The position numbers and the translations under genes were made by a program. The notes under the pieces are model-generated. The model had not been told where the DNA came from. It did no database searches and was given only the letters and a program-made list of their open reading frames with translations. Positions 42,861-51,794 of a DNA stretch of 64,000 nt are shown one piece after another. The DNA lies in the NCBI GenBank assembly GCA_963718525.1, contig OY970355.1, forward strand, positions 2,368,001 through 2,432,000. Reading direction: 5' to 3'. The stretch comes from Candidatus Dormiibacterota bacterium (lineage in GTDB: Bacteria > Chloroflexota > Dormibacteria > Aeolococcales > Aeolococcaceae). The stretch's first letter is position 1; each line of letters begins with the position of its first letter.

Positions 42861-43343
42861 TCAGGTCAATCCACGCATCACCCGGAAGACCAGCGATGAC
42901 GAGAAACCCCGACGCTGGAGCGCACCTGCGACGCGCATGCGCGCCCGTTCATCGTGCGCACCCGATGTGCCCGCGCGCTCCCAGAGTTGCTGTGCCACCG
43001 CCAGCGCTGCGGCCTCTTCGGTATCGCTCTGGCCGTCGAGCGCCTCGCTGATGAGCTGGGTGGAGACGCCCTTCGCCTTGAGGTCGGCGGCGACGCGGGC
43101 CCGACCGTGACCGGCGCGGCGATGCCGTGCAGCGACCGATGCCGCCATCGCGGCGTCATCCACGTAGCCGGACGTTGCACACCGCCCCACCGCCTCTGCG
43201 GCCGCCTCGGCGGTGTAGCCCCGTCGCTCCAGCTTTCGCTGCAGCGCTGCCGCGGACTGGCCAGCTCCGCGGAGGATGCGGAAGGCTGCATCCTCCGCGG
43301 CGTCAGCACTGTCCGGCGCCGCGGGCGGTGTCGGCTCCCTCAC
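42861..43343 (-). CDS. recX: regulatory protein RecX
   Basis: Directly downstream of recA; GYVDD, L..KGV, LQRRGF. Confidence 0.85.
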   Translation of the reverse strand: MREPTPPAAPDSADAAEDAAFRILRGAGQSAAALQRKLERRGYTAEAAAEAVGRCATSGYVDDAAMAASVAARHRRAGHGRARVAADLKAKGVSTQLISEALDGQSDTEEAAALAVAQQLWERAGTSGAHDERARMRVAGALQRRGFSSSLVFRVMRGLT

Positions 43344-43354
43344 GGGTGGCGGGC

Positions 43355-44420
43355 TCAGCCGGGCGAGACGATCGGTGCGGAGATCGGCGGTGCTTCGCCG
43401 TTCAGCTCGACGATGGCGTCGTGCAGCACCGGTTCCGGCAGAGCCGCGATGCGCACCTTCGCCGCCACCTCCTCGAGGAGATCGGGATTCTGACGCAGGA
43501 AGTCGCGGACGTTCTCGCGACCCTGGCCGAGGCGCATGTCCCCATAGGAGAACCAGGCACCGCTCTTGTCGATGATGTGTGCATCGATTCCCATGTCGAG
43601 GACGCTCCCGGCGTATGAGATGCCTTCGTTATAGAGGATGTCGAATTCCGCGGAGCGGAACGGTGGCGCCACCTTGTTCTTGACAACCTTGACTTTGACC
43701 CGGCTGCCGACGACGTCGAGCCCCTGCTTGATCGAGTTGATCTTGCGGATGTCCAGACGCACCGAGGCGTAGAACTTCAGCGCGCGACCACCGGTGGTCA
43801 CCTCGGGGTTGCCGAACATGACGCCGATCTTCTCGCGCAGCTGGTTGATGAAGATGACCGACGTGTTGGAGCGGCTGATGGCGGAGGTGAGCTTGCGCAT
43901 CGCCTGGGACATCAGCCGGGCCTGCAGACCGACGTGGCTGTCCCCCATCTCACCATCGATTTCGGCCTTCGGGACCAGTGCGGCAACCGAGTTGATCACG
44001 ACCACGTCGACAGCACCGCTGCGCACGAGCACCTCGACGATCTCGAGAGCCTGTTCACCCGTATCCGGCTGCGAGATCAGCAGTTCCTCGGTGTTCACGC
44101 CGATGCGAGCGGCGTACTGCGGGTCGAGCGCGTGCTCGGCGTCGATGAACGCTGCCACGCCGCCACGGCGCTGGGCCTGGGCGATGATGTGCAGCGTCAG
44201 CGTCGTCTTTCCCGATGAACTCGGGGCCGTAGACCTCGACGATGCGGCCGCGCGGGATGCCGCCGACCCCGAGCGCGATGTCCAGCGTCAGTGCGCCCGT
44301 CGGGATGATGTCGATGTGCTGAGCATGAACGTCGCCGAGACGCATGATCGCTCCCTTTCCATGGGCTCGTTCGATCTGCCCGAGGGCCGTCTGCAATGCC
44401 CGATCCCGCTCAGTCGTCAC
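43355..44420 (-). CDS. recA: recombinase RecA, split by a +1 frameshift in Walker A at 44218/44219 (probably sequencing error)
   Basis: 5' part [10 protein letters not shown]...[10 protein letters not shown]; 3' part [10 protein letters not shown]...[13 protein letters not shown]; removing one base restores GPESSGKTTL. Confidence 0.95.
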
Positions 44421-44620
44421 CGGCTCACTCCTCTCGTCACGGGGCGCTCGAGCACGCCGCCCGCTCACTTCTACGACCGGCTCGACAGCATCGATGGTAC
44501 GACTTGCCAGTGTGTTCGTCAAAGCTGTACTCCAAGGGTTGGTGGAATTGATTGGAGATGCGGCTGGGATGCCGTAGGGGCGTCGCGACGGGCGGCGCGT
44601 CCGGGCTCACCCGGTGGGGC

Positions 44621-44632
44621 GAACATTTGTAC
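44621..44632. promoter_or_regulatory. probable LexA box upstream of recA
   Basis: GAACATTTGTAC, one mismatch to GAAC-N4-GTTC. Confidence 0.55.
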
Positions 44633-44702
44633 TGTACTCCCTTCGCTGGGACGTGGCAAGCCCGAAACCCGGACCCGGCCAACGGCCTCCCGGAGGTGCT
44701 CG

Positions 44703-45263
44703 TCACGGCGCCCCACCAGGACCCGGGTCATAGCTCGCGCCGACCACCTCGGCGCAGATGCGAAGCGCGGCCTGGACCGCGTGCGCCCGGTTCAGCTCGC
44801 GTCCATGGTCGTCGGCAAGCCGGATCACCCGGACCGCGACGGGATCGGCGACGGCGATGAATACCAACCCTGGCGGCTTCTGCTCGCTCGCGTCCGGGCC
44901 GGCCACGCCGGTGATGCCGACGCCCAGGGTCGCCTCGTAGCGGGCCCGTACCCCCGATGCCATGGCGGCGGCGACCTCGGGGCTCACCGCCCCGTGGGTC
45001 GCGAGCAGGTGCCGGCCGACGCCGAGGTGCTCGGCCTTGACGTCATCCGCGTATGCGATCACCCCGCCTCGGACGTAGGCCGACGAACCGGCGGCGGCGG
45101 TGAGCACCGCGCCGAGCAGGCCGCCGGTGCAGGATTCCGCGACCGCGATGGTCAGTCCCGCTCTGGCCAGGGCTCGCCCCAACCAGGCTGACTCGGGAAA
45201 TGCGGTCTCGAGAACGGGCAGCCTGTCGTCGGCGGAGGCCGTCGGCGCCTGCGGCTCGGTCAT
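44703..45263 (-). CDS. cinA: CinA C-terminal domain / NMN deamidase PncC
   Basis: AVAESCTGG, GAVSPEVA, GITGVAGP. Confidence 0.88.
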   Translation of the reverse strand: MTEPQAPTASADDRLPVLETAFPESAWLGRALARAGLTIAVAESCTGGLLGAVLTAAAGSSAYVRGGVIAYADDVKAEHLGVGRHLLATHGAVSPEVAAAMASGVRARYEATLGVGITGVAGPDASEQKPPGLVFIAVADPVAVRVIRLADDHGRELNRAHAVQAALRICAEVVGASYDPGPGGAP

Positions 45264-45317
45264 CCGGTCAGCCGGAGATGCCGCCACTGAGCGATACGCA
45301 GTCCAGGCGGCGCCCCG

Positions 45318-45809
45318 TCACCGGTAGTTGGTGAACTGCAGGGGGACGTCGACATCGCTGTCGCGCAGCTGCTGGATCACCGCCTGAAGCTCGTCCTTGT
45401 CCTTGCTCGACACCCGCAGCTGGTCACCCTGAGTGCGCACCTGCGCCTTGGGGTGCTCAGCGCGGATCCGCTTGGTCAGGTCCCGGGCGAGCTCCTCACT
45501 GATGCCCTTGCGCAGCTTGACGACCTGGCGGACGTTGCCCTTGGCTGCCGCCTCGGGCTTCTGCGGATCCAGCACCTTGAGGTCGATGCCGCGGCGGTGC
45601 GCCTTGCTCTGGAGGACGTCGATGATCGATTTGAGCTGGGAGTCGGTGCCGGTGAGCAGCGTGATCGTCTCGTCCTCGAGCGTGATCTCGACGGTGATCC
45701 CTTTGAAGTCGTACCTGGTCGTGATCTCCCGTCGGGTCTGGTCCACCGCGTTGACCAACTCCTGACGGTCGAATTCACTGACGACGTCGAAGCTGTGGTC
45801 CTGAGGCAT
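45318..45809 (-). CDS. yajQ: YajQ family nucleotide-binding protein
   Basis: SFDVVSEFDRQELVNAVDQ, RYDFKG, QGDQLRVS, LQFTNYR. Confidence 0.95.
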   Translation of the reverse strand: MPQDHSFDVVSEFDRQELVNAVDQTRREITTRYDFKGITVEITLEDETITLLTGTDSQLKSIIDVLQSKAHRRGIDLKVLDPQKPEAAAKGNVRQVVKLRKGISEELARDLTKRIRAEHPKAQVRTQGDQLRVSSKDKDELQAVIQQLRDSDVDVPLQFTNYR

Positions 45810-45890
45810 GACTGATGAGGATAGCGATCCGTGTCGCGGCGCAGCGGCCGAGCAGACGGTGTCGCGGCGGCCGACGCCCAGGCGGCAGCG

Positions 45891-48203
45891 TTATTCGTCA
45901 CCCAGGTCGGCGAGCAGCTCGTCGACCTGGAACACATCCATCAGCACATCGCGAGACTTGCTGCCCTCGAACGGACCGACGACGCCGTGCTCGGCGAGCT
46001 GGTCGATGAGGCGGGCGGCGCGCGTGTACCCCACGCTGAGCTTGCGTTGGAGCAGCGAAGCGGCCGCGCGCCCCTCGGCCGCGACGGTATGCGCGGCCTT
46101 GGCGAACAGCGGGTCTCGCTTGGAAGCGTCACGTGCCCAGGACACAGTCGCCTCGACGGTGAAGATCTCTTCCTGATAGTCGGGCTTGCCCTGCAGCTTC
46201 CAGTGACCGATCAGCGCGTCGAGCTCACGGTCGCTCACGAACGCTCCCTGCAGGCGCCGGGGCTTGCCTTCGTCGATGGGCAGATAGAGCATGTCGCCGC
46301 GGCCGAGCAGCTTCTCCGCCCCCATCTCATCGAGGATGACGCGCGAATCGACACCGCTCGAGACGGCGAACGCGACGCGGCTCGGGATGTTCGCCTTGAT
46401 GAGCCCGGTGATGATGTCCGCGGACGGACGCTGCGTGGCGACGATCAGGTGGAGGCCCACGGCGCGCGCGAGCTGAGCGATCCTGCAGATCAGGTCCTCG
46501 ATCTCCCCCGCCGCGACCATCATCAGGTCGGCGAGCTCGTCGATGACGATGACGATGTACGGCAGCGGCGCAACACCGAGGCCGGGTGCCTTCTCGTTGA
46601 ACGCGACGATGTTTCGCGCCGCGTGCGACGCGAAGAGCTTGTAGCGCTCCTCCATTTCCTTCACCGCCCAGCGCAGCGATGCCACAGCCGCCTCGGGTTC
46701 CACCACGACCGGGACGAGGAGATGGGGCAGGTCGGCGAAGTTGGACAGCTCGACCCGTTTGGGATCGATGAGGATCATCTTGAGCTGCGCAGGCGTGGCC
46801 TGCAGGAGGAAACCACCCAGCACCGCATTGATGCACACCGACTTGCCGCTGCCGGTCGCGCCCGCAATCAGCAGATGGGGCATGCGCGTCAAGTCGCCGA
46901 TCACCGGGTGGCCGCTGACATCGGCGCCGAGCGCGACGCTGAGCTTGTGGCGCCGGTCGGTGAATGCGGGGGACTCGATGGTCTCCTTCAGGCTCACCAG
47001 CTGCGCCGCCTTGTTGGGCACCTCGACACCGATGGCCGACTTGCCCGGGATGAACGGCTGGATCCGGATCGGTGCTGCCAGCGCGAGGGCGAGGTCGGTC
47101 TGGTAACCGAGGATGCGCCGAACCGGAACGCCGACAGCCGGCTGCAGCTCGTACTGCGTCACGGTCGGCCCGCTGTTGGCCCCGACGATCCGCGTCTCGA
47201 TGCCGAACGACTGCAGGGTGCTCACGATCTTGTCACCTGTGGCACGAACCTCGGCGGCGAGACGTTCTCGCTTGCCGGTGATCGTGTCCAGCAGCTCGGG
47301 GGTGGGGAGCACCCAGATCTTGTCCGGCTCGTCGTTCACCATCACGGCGTGTCCGAGGCCGACCTCGGGCACCGGCCCGATCAACGTCACCGGCGCATCA
47401 CCCGGCGTGGCCGGGACGCCTTCGAATTCTCGCGTGAATCCGTGTTCGCCCAGGTCCTCGCCGGTCGCCTGTGGTTCCTCAGGGTCGAGAAACGCCGTGA
47501 GTGGCGGAGCCGCCCTGGGCGGATCGAACGGCAGCACCATCGGGACGCCGGTGAGCTCGGTCGAGGGCTCTGGAGCCGGCGCCGGGAAGGCGCGGACGCC
47601 CGCTTCGGAACTGGTCCCCGATCGATCGCGGCGCCGACCCTCCCCTTCGGCCGCGAACCATCGAGCGAGCGCGCGGATGATCGTCCCGGTCCGCAGGTCG
47701 GTCGCGAGGATGAGACCGAGAACTGTGACGACGACCAGTGCCGCGCCCGCCCCTGCCGTGCCGAGCACTCGTCCGACGCCCGTGCCCACGCCGCGTCCCA
47801 CGGCGCCGGCGTCGGCGCCGACCATGCCGATCAGTCCGAGGAGGGCAACCATGGCGATCGCGCTGCCGAGCGCCGCCAGCGTGCCGGCGCGCCACTCCGG
47901 GGTCATGCACAGGCGCGCCCCGGTCAGGAACAACCCGGCGACGCCGATCCACGCTCCGATCCCGAAGGCGCCGAAGAGACCGTCATGGACCGGCCCGGCG
48001 ATGGCTCCCCCGCCGGGAAGGATCAGCACCGCCGCGAGGATGACGCCCGCCCCGATCGCCCCGATCCCGGTCAGCTCACGACGGAGGTCTCGATGCAGCA
48101 GTGGGGGGCGGGACGACGCCGAGACACGGGTTCGGGGACGCGATGCCGCACGCCGCGATGGCGTGCGCTTGCGCGCTGGACGGGTTGGGGCGGAGCGAGC
48201 CAT
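45891..48203 (-). CDS. ftsK: DNA translocase FtsK/SpoIIIE
   Basis: N-terminal TMs, HLLIAGATGSGKS, IDELADLMM, ATQRPS, gamma domain LQRKLSVGYTRAARLIDQL. Confidence 0.96.
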   Translation of the reverse strand: MARSAPTRPARKRTPSRRAASRPRTRVSASSRPPLLHRDLRRELTGIGAIGAGVILAAVLILPGGGAIAGPVHDGLFGAFGIGAWIGVAGLFLTGARLCMTPEWRAGTLAALGSAIAMVALLGLIGMVGADAGAVGRGVGTGVGRVLGTAGAGAALVVVTVLGLILATDLRTGTIIRALARWFAAEGEGRRRDRSGTSSEAGVRAFPAPAPEPSTELTGVPMVLPFDPPRAAPPLTAFLDPEEPQATGEDLGEHGFTREFEGVPATPGDAPVTLIGPVPEVGLGHAVMVNDEPDKIWVLPTPELLDTITGKRERLAAEVRATGDKIVSTLQSFGIETRIVGANSGPTVTQYELQPAVGVPVRRILGYQTDLALALAAPIRIQPFIPGKSAIGVEVPNKAAQLVSLKETIESPAFTDRRHKLSVALGADVSGHPVIGDLTRMPHLLIAGATGSGKSVCINAVLGGFLLQATPAQLKMILIDPKRVELSNFADLPHLLVPVVVEPEAAVASLRWAVKEMEERYKLFASHAARNIVAFNEKAPGLGVAPLPYIVIVIDELADLMMVAAGEIEDLICRIAQLARAVGLHLIVATQRPSADIITGLIKANIPSRVAFAVSSGVDSRVILDEMGAEKLLGRGDMLYLPIDEGKPRRLQGAFVSDRELDALIGHWKLQGKPDYQEEIFTVEATVSWARDASKRDPLFAKAAHTVAAEGRAAASLLQRKLSVGYTRAARLIDQLAEHGVVGPFEGSKSRDVLMDVFQVDELLADLGDE

Positions 48204-48339
48204 GTGGTGAACTCGATGTGGACGTGTGGAAGACGGGCTACCGAGGCCCCTGGATCGGGCCCGATGCTATCAGCAAATCGGCCCTCGCAAATGCGGGATC
48301 AGGTTGTGGGGCGGGCCGGCCGAACCGGCGGTGCTTGGC

Positions 48340-48351
48340 GAACATCCGTGC
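48340..48351. promoter_or_regulatory. possible LexA box upstream of ftsK
   Basis: GAACATCCGTGC, sharing GAACATCCGT with the other boxes. Confidence 0.5.
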
Positions 48352-48395
48352 CCATACTACACGAATGTGTTGTCGCGGAGACTCTCTTTTGAGCC

Positions 48396-50063
48396 TTAGA
48401 CCTCGGTGACCAGTGGGAGGATCAGCGGGCGCCGCTTGGTCTTCTTGTACAGGAATCGCGAGAGGCCTTCGTGGATCGCGCCCTGCCACGCGGTATATCC
48501 CGCGTCCGGCGTGAGCCGCGCCACGAGGGTGAGAACGTGCTCGCGCGCCTCATCGAAGAGCGCGTCGGCATCGTCGGCGACGAACCCTCGGGACACGAGG
48601 TCAGGCCCCGCGACGACAGCGCCGCTGCTTCGCTCGACGGTCACCACCACCAGGATGACGCCGTCCTGGGCCAGCTGTTGACGATCGCGGAAGACGACAT
48701 CACCCGCCTCTTCGATGCTGAGCCCGTCGACGTAGACATAGCCGGTCCGGACGCGCTCGCCAGTGGCGCGGACGCCGTTCTCATCGACGGCGATGACGGT
48801 GCCATTGTCGATCGCCAGGACCCGTTCGGCGGGGATGCCGACGGAACGGGCCAGGGCGGCGTGGAGCGCGAGGTGCCGGTACTCCCCATGCACGGGGATG
48901 AAGTAGCGAGGCCGCGTGAGCGTCAGCAGCAGCTTGAGCTCCTCGCGGCTCGCATGCCCCGACGCGTGGACCCCGTGGCGCGAGGAGTTGAAGACGCGAG
49001 CCCCGCGCCGGTAGAGGTTGTTGATCGTCCGATGCACCGATTCCTCGTTGCCCGGAATGGGATTTGCACTGATCACCACCGTGTCGGCCTCACGCAGGCT
49101 CACCATCCGGTGCTCGCCCGCGGCGATGCGCACCAGCGCTGACAGCGGTTCGCCCTGCGCACCGGTGCAGAGGATCGCGAGCTCGTCATCGGGGATACGC
49201 TCGTGCTCCTTCGGCGTGACGAACATGCCCGGTGGAACGTGCAGGTAGCCGAGTTCCTCGGCCACCTTGATGTTCTTGAGCATCGAGCGTCCGACGATGA
49301 AGCAGCGCCGTCCGCAGGCCTGCGCCGCGTTGATCGCCTGCTGCAGTCGGGAGATGTTGGACGCGAACGTGGCCATCAGGATCCGGCCCTGGGCGGCGGC
49401 GAAGATGGGCGCGAGTCCCTCCCCCACGGTGCGCTCGCTGGGCGTCGTTCCCTCCTGTTCCGCGTTGGTGCTGTCGCTCAGCAGCAGCAGCACGCCCTCA
49501 TCCCCGATGCGCGCCAGGCGAGCCAGGTCGGGGGGTTCTCCCTGTACCGGGGTGCTGTCGATCTTGAAGTCGCCGGAGTGCACGATCGTGCCCGCCGGTG
49601 TCCGAACCACCAGTGCGCATGCGTCCGGGATGGAATGGGTCGCGTGCACCCATTCCACATCGAAACACCCCAGCGAGCGTGAATCCCCGGGCCGCACGGT
49701 GTGCAACTCCGTGGTCTCGATGAGTCCGTGCTCGCGCAGCTTGTTGCGCAGGAACCCAAGCGTGAGCGCCGTGCCGTAGACGGGCGCCGGCAGGCGTGGG
49801 AGCACGTATGGCAGCGCGCCGATGTGATCCTCGTGCCCGTGGGTGAGGACGATCCCCCGGATGTTCGCAACCCGCTCCTGCAGCCAGGCGATGTCCGGGA
49901 TCACCAGGTCGACGCCGAGCATCTCCTGCTCCGGGAACATCAAGCCGGTATCGATGACCACGATGTCGTCGCCGCAGCTGAGCGCGAGCATGTTCCGGCC
50001 GATCTCGCCGAGGCCCCCGAGCGGAACCAGCGTGAGCTGTGCCGAGCTCGGTGCGTCGCTCAA
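48396..50063 (-). CDS. rnj: ribonuclease J
   Basis: PLGGLGEIGRNM, THGHEDHIG, HSIPD, HASGH, PVHGE. Confidence 0.96.
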   Translation of the reverse strand: MSDAPSSAQLTLVPLGGLGEIGRNMLALSCGDDIVVIDTGLMFPEQEMLGVDLVIPDIAWLQERVANIRGIVLTHGHEDHIGALPYVLPRLPAPVYGTALTLGFLRNKLREHGLIETTELHTVRPGDSRSLGCFDVEWVHATHSIPDACALVVRTPAGTIVHSGDFKIDSTPVQGEPPDLARLARIGDEGVLLLLSDSTNAEQEGTTPSERTVGEGLAPIFAAAQGRILMATFASNISRLQQAINAAQACGRRCFIVGRSMLKNIKVAEELGYLHVPPGMFVTPKEHERIPDDELAILCTGAQGEPLSALVRIAAGEHRMVSLREADTVVISANPIPGNEESVHRTINNLYRRGARVFNSSRHGVHASGHASREELKLLLTLTRPRYFIPVHGEYRHLALHAALARSVGIPAERVLAIDNGTVIAVDENGVRATGERVRTGYVYVDGLSIEEAGDVVFRDRQQLAQDGVILVVVTVERSSGAVVAGPDLVSRGFVADDADALFDEAREHVLTLVARLTPDAGYTAWQGAIHEGLSRFLYKKTKRRPLILPLVTEV

Positions 50064-50716
50064 AAGAGGTCCATCTGGTCACCACCGGCGGCAGCCGCGA
50101 CCTGGCGCATCTCCGATGCGGACGCACCGCCCGCGCGCCGTGCACGCGCTGCCTCAGCGTCGGCGAGATAGCCGCGCACACGCCGCATGTCGGCCTCGAG
50201 GGTCTCCCTGAGGCCACCGTTGTAGAGCGCTGCCGCCGGGTGATACAGCGGTACGTACACCCTGTTGTCGCGTCGCACGCATTCGCCGTGAAGGCGTGAG
50301 ATGCCACCGACGCCGGGGAGCAGCCGGGTCAGCGCGTGACGGCCCAGCAGCAGGATCACGTCGGGCTGGAGGAGCTCGATCTGCTCATCGAGAAAATGGC
50401 TGCACGCCTCGACCTCCGCCGGCTCAGGGTCGCGATTGCGCGGCGGGCGGCATTTCACGATGTTGGTGATGTAGATGTCGCGACGATCGAGTCCGGCCAA
50501 CTCGAGCAGGCTCGTGAGCAAGCGGCCTGCGGCGCCGACAAAGGGTTTGCCCTCGCGGTCCTCGCTCTCACCGGGGGCCTCGCCGACCGCCATCACGCGC
50601 GCCGTCACCGGGCCATATCCGGGTACCGCCTGGATGCGTGTGAGGTGCAGCGGGCATGCCGTGCACTCGCGAACCCGCCCGTGGAGCTCGAGGACCTCTT
50701 CGGTCGTCGCCACCAT
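50060..50716 (-). CDS. uracil-DNA glycosylase family 4
   Basis: CTACPL, GEAPG, PFVG, KCRPPRNRDP, YHPAA. Confidence 0.93.
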   Translation of the reverse strand: MVATTEEVLELHGRVRECTACPLHLTRIQAVPGYGPVTARVMAVGEAPGESEDREGKPFVGAAGRLLTSLLELAGLDRRDIYITNIVKCRPPRNRDPEPAEVEACSHFLDEQIELLQPDVILLLGRHALTRLLPGVGGISRLHGECVRRDNRVYVPLYHPAAALYNGGLRETLEADMRRVRGYLADAEAARARRAGGASASEMRQVAAAAGGDQMDLF

Positions 50717-50772
50717 TGGCGGAGTTTAGAGCACCACGCCGGGCGTGCCCGGGCGAGTCATGTCGTGCGTGT

Positions 50773-51783
50773 TCATCGCGCGCCCAGCAGGAGCTCGGCC
50801 ACCTGCACGGCGTTGGTCGCCGCACCCTTGCGCAGGTTGTCCGCGCTGAAGAACAGCGCAATGGCGTTGTCGCGGCCGGTGTCGCGGCGTATGCGTCCCA
50901 CCTGGACGTCGTCGCTGCCGGCGACCGCTCGGGGCATCGGATACTGCTGGGTCGCGGGGTCGTCGACGATGAGGATCCCCGGCGATTCCCGCAGCAGCGC
51001 GCGCACCTCGTCGGCATCGGCCGCGGCGTCGAGCTCGATCCACACCGCGGCGCTGTGCCCGATCGCCACGGGAACGCGGACCGTGGTGATGCTGATGCGA
51101 AGCTCTGGCGCATCAAGGACCTTCCGGGTCTCGGCGATGACCTTGATCTCCTCCTCGGTGTCGGCCCCCTGCATGGTCCACCCGCCCGGGACCACGTTGC
51201 CGTGGATCACGTGCGGGTATCGATGCGCCGTCGGCGTGACGCCGGCGGCGTCGTCGCGCGTCTGCGTCTCCAGCTCGTCGGCGAGGCCGATGCCGGCTCC
51301 GGTCGCAGCCTGGTACGTCGCGACAGTGACGTGGCGGAGCCCGAATGCGGCGTGCAGCGGCGCGAGCACGATGCTCAGCGGGATCGCGACGCAGTTGGGA
51401 TTCGCGACGATGCCGTGGTGCCGTCCGAGCGTGGCGGCGTTGACCTCCGGGACGACGAGCGGAACGGCCGGATCCATGCGGTACGCGCTCGACTTGTCGA
51501 CGGCGATGCCGCCCGCCTCGGCGACCGCCGGGGCGTGACGGCGCGAGGTGAGAGCACCTGCGGCGAAGAACACGATGTCCGCGCCGCGCAATGCATCAGG
51601 CGTCAGCTCGCGCACGTCGACATCGCCGAGATGCGTGCTCAGCGTGCGGCCGGCGCTCCGCGCGCTCGCGAACAGGTCGAGCGTGGCCGCCGGAAAGGAG
51701 CGCTCGCCGAGGATGCGCACGAGCGTGCCCCCGGCGGCGCCGGTCGCACCGACGACGGCGACGGCCGGTCCCTCAGACCGCAC
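50773..51783 (-). CDS. asd: aspartate-semialdehyde dehydrogenase
   Basis: VVGATGAAG, VPLVVPEVN, ANPNC, DNLRKGAATNAVQ. Confidence 0.95.
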   Translation of the reverse strand: MRSEGPAVAVVGATGAAGGTLVRILGERSFPAATLDLFASARSAGRTLSTHLGDVDVRELTPDALRGADIVFFAAGALTSRRHAPAVAEAGGIAVDKSSAYRMDPAVPLVVPEVNAATLGRHHGIVANPNCVAIPLSIVLAPLHAAFGLRHVTVATYQAATGAGIGLADELETQTRDDAAGVTPTAHRYPHVIHGNVVPGGWTMQGADTEEEIKVIAETRKVLDAPELRISITTVRVPVAIGHSAAVWIELDAAADADEVRALLRESPGILIVDDPATQQYPMPRAVAGSDDVQVGRIRRDTGRDNAIALFFSADNLRKGAATNAVQVAELLLGAR

Positions 51784-51794
51784 CGGGTTGCTCG

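Noticed and set aside
45831-48392. 853-aa + strand ORF (likewise 57825-60056, 22621-24987, 12883-14847)
   Set aside because: Mirror or alternate frames of ftsK, infB, GH25/DUF929 and the ligase genes
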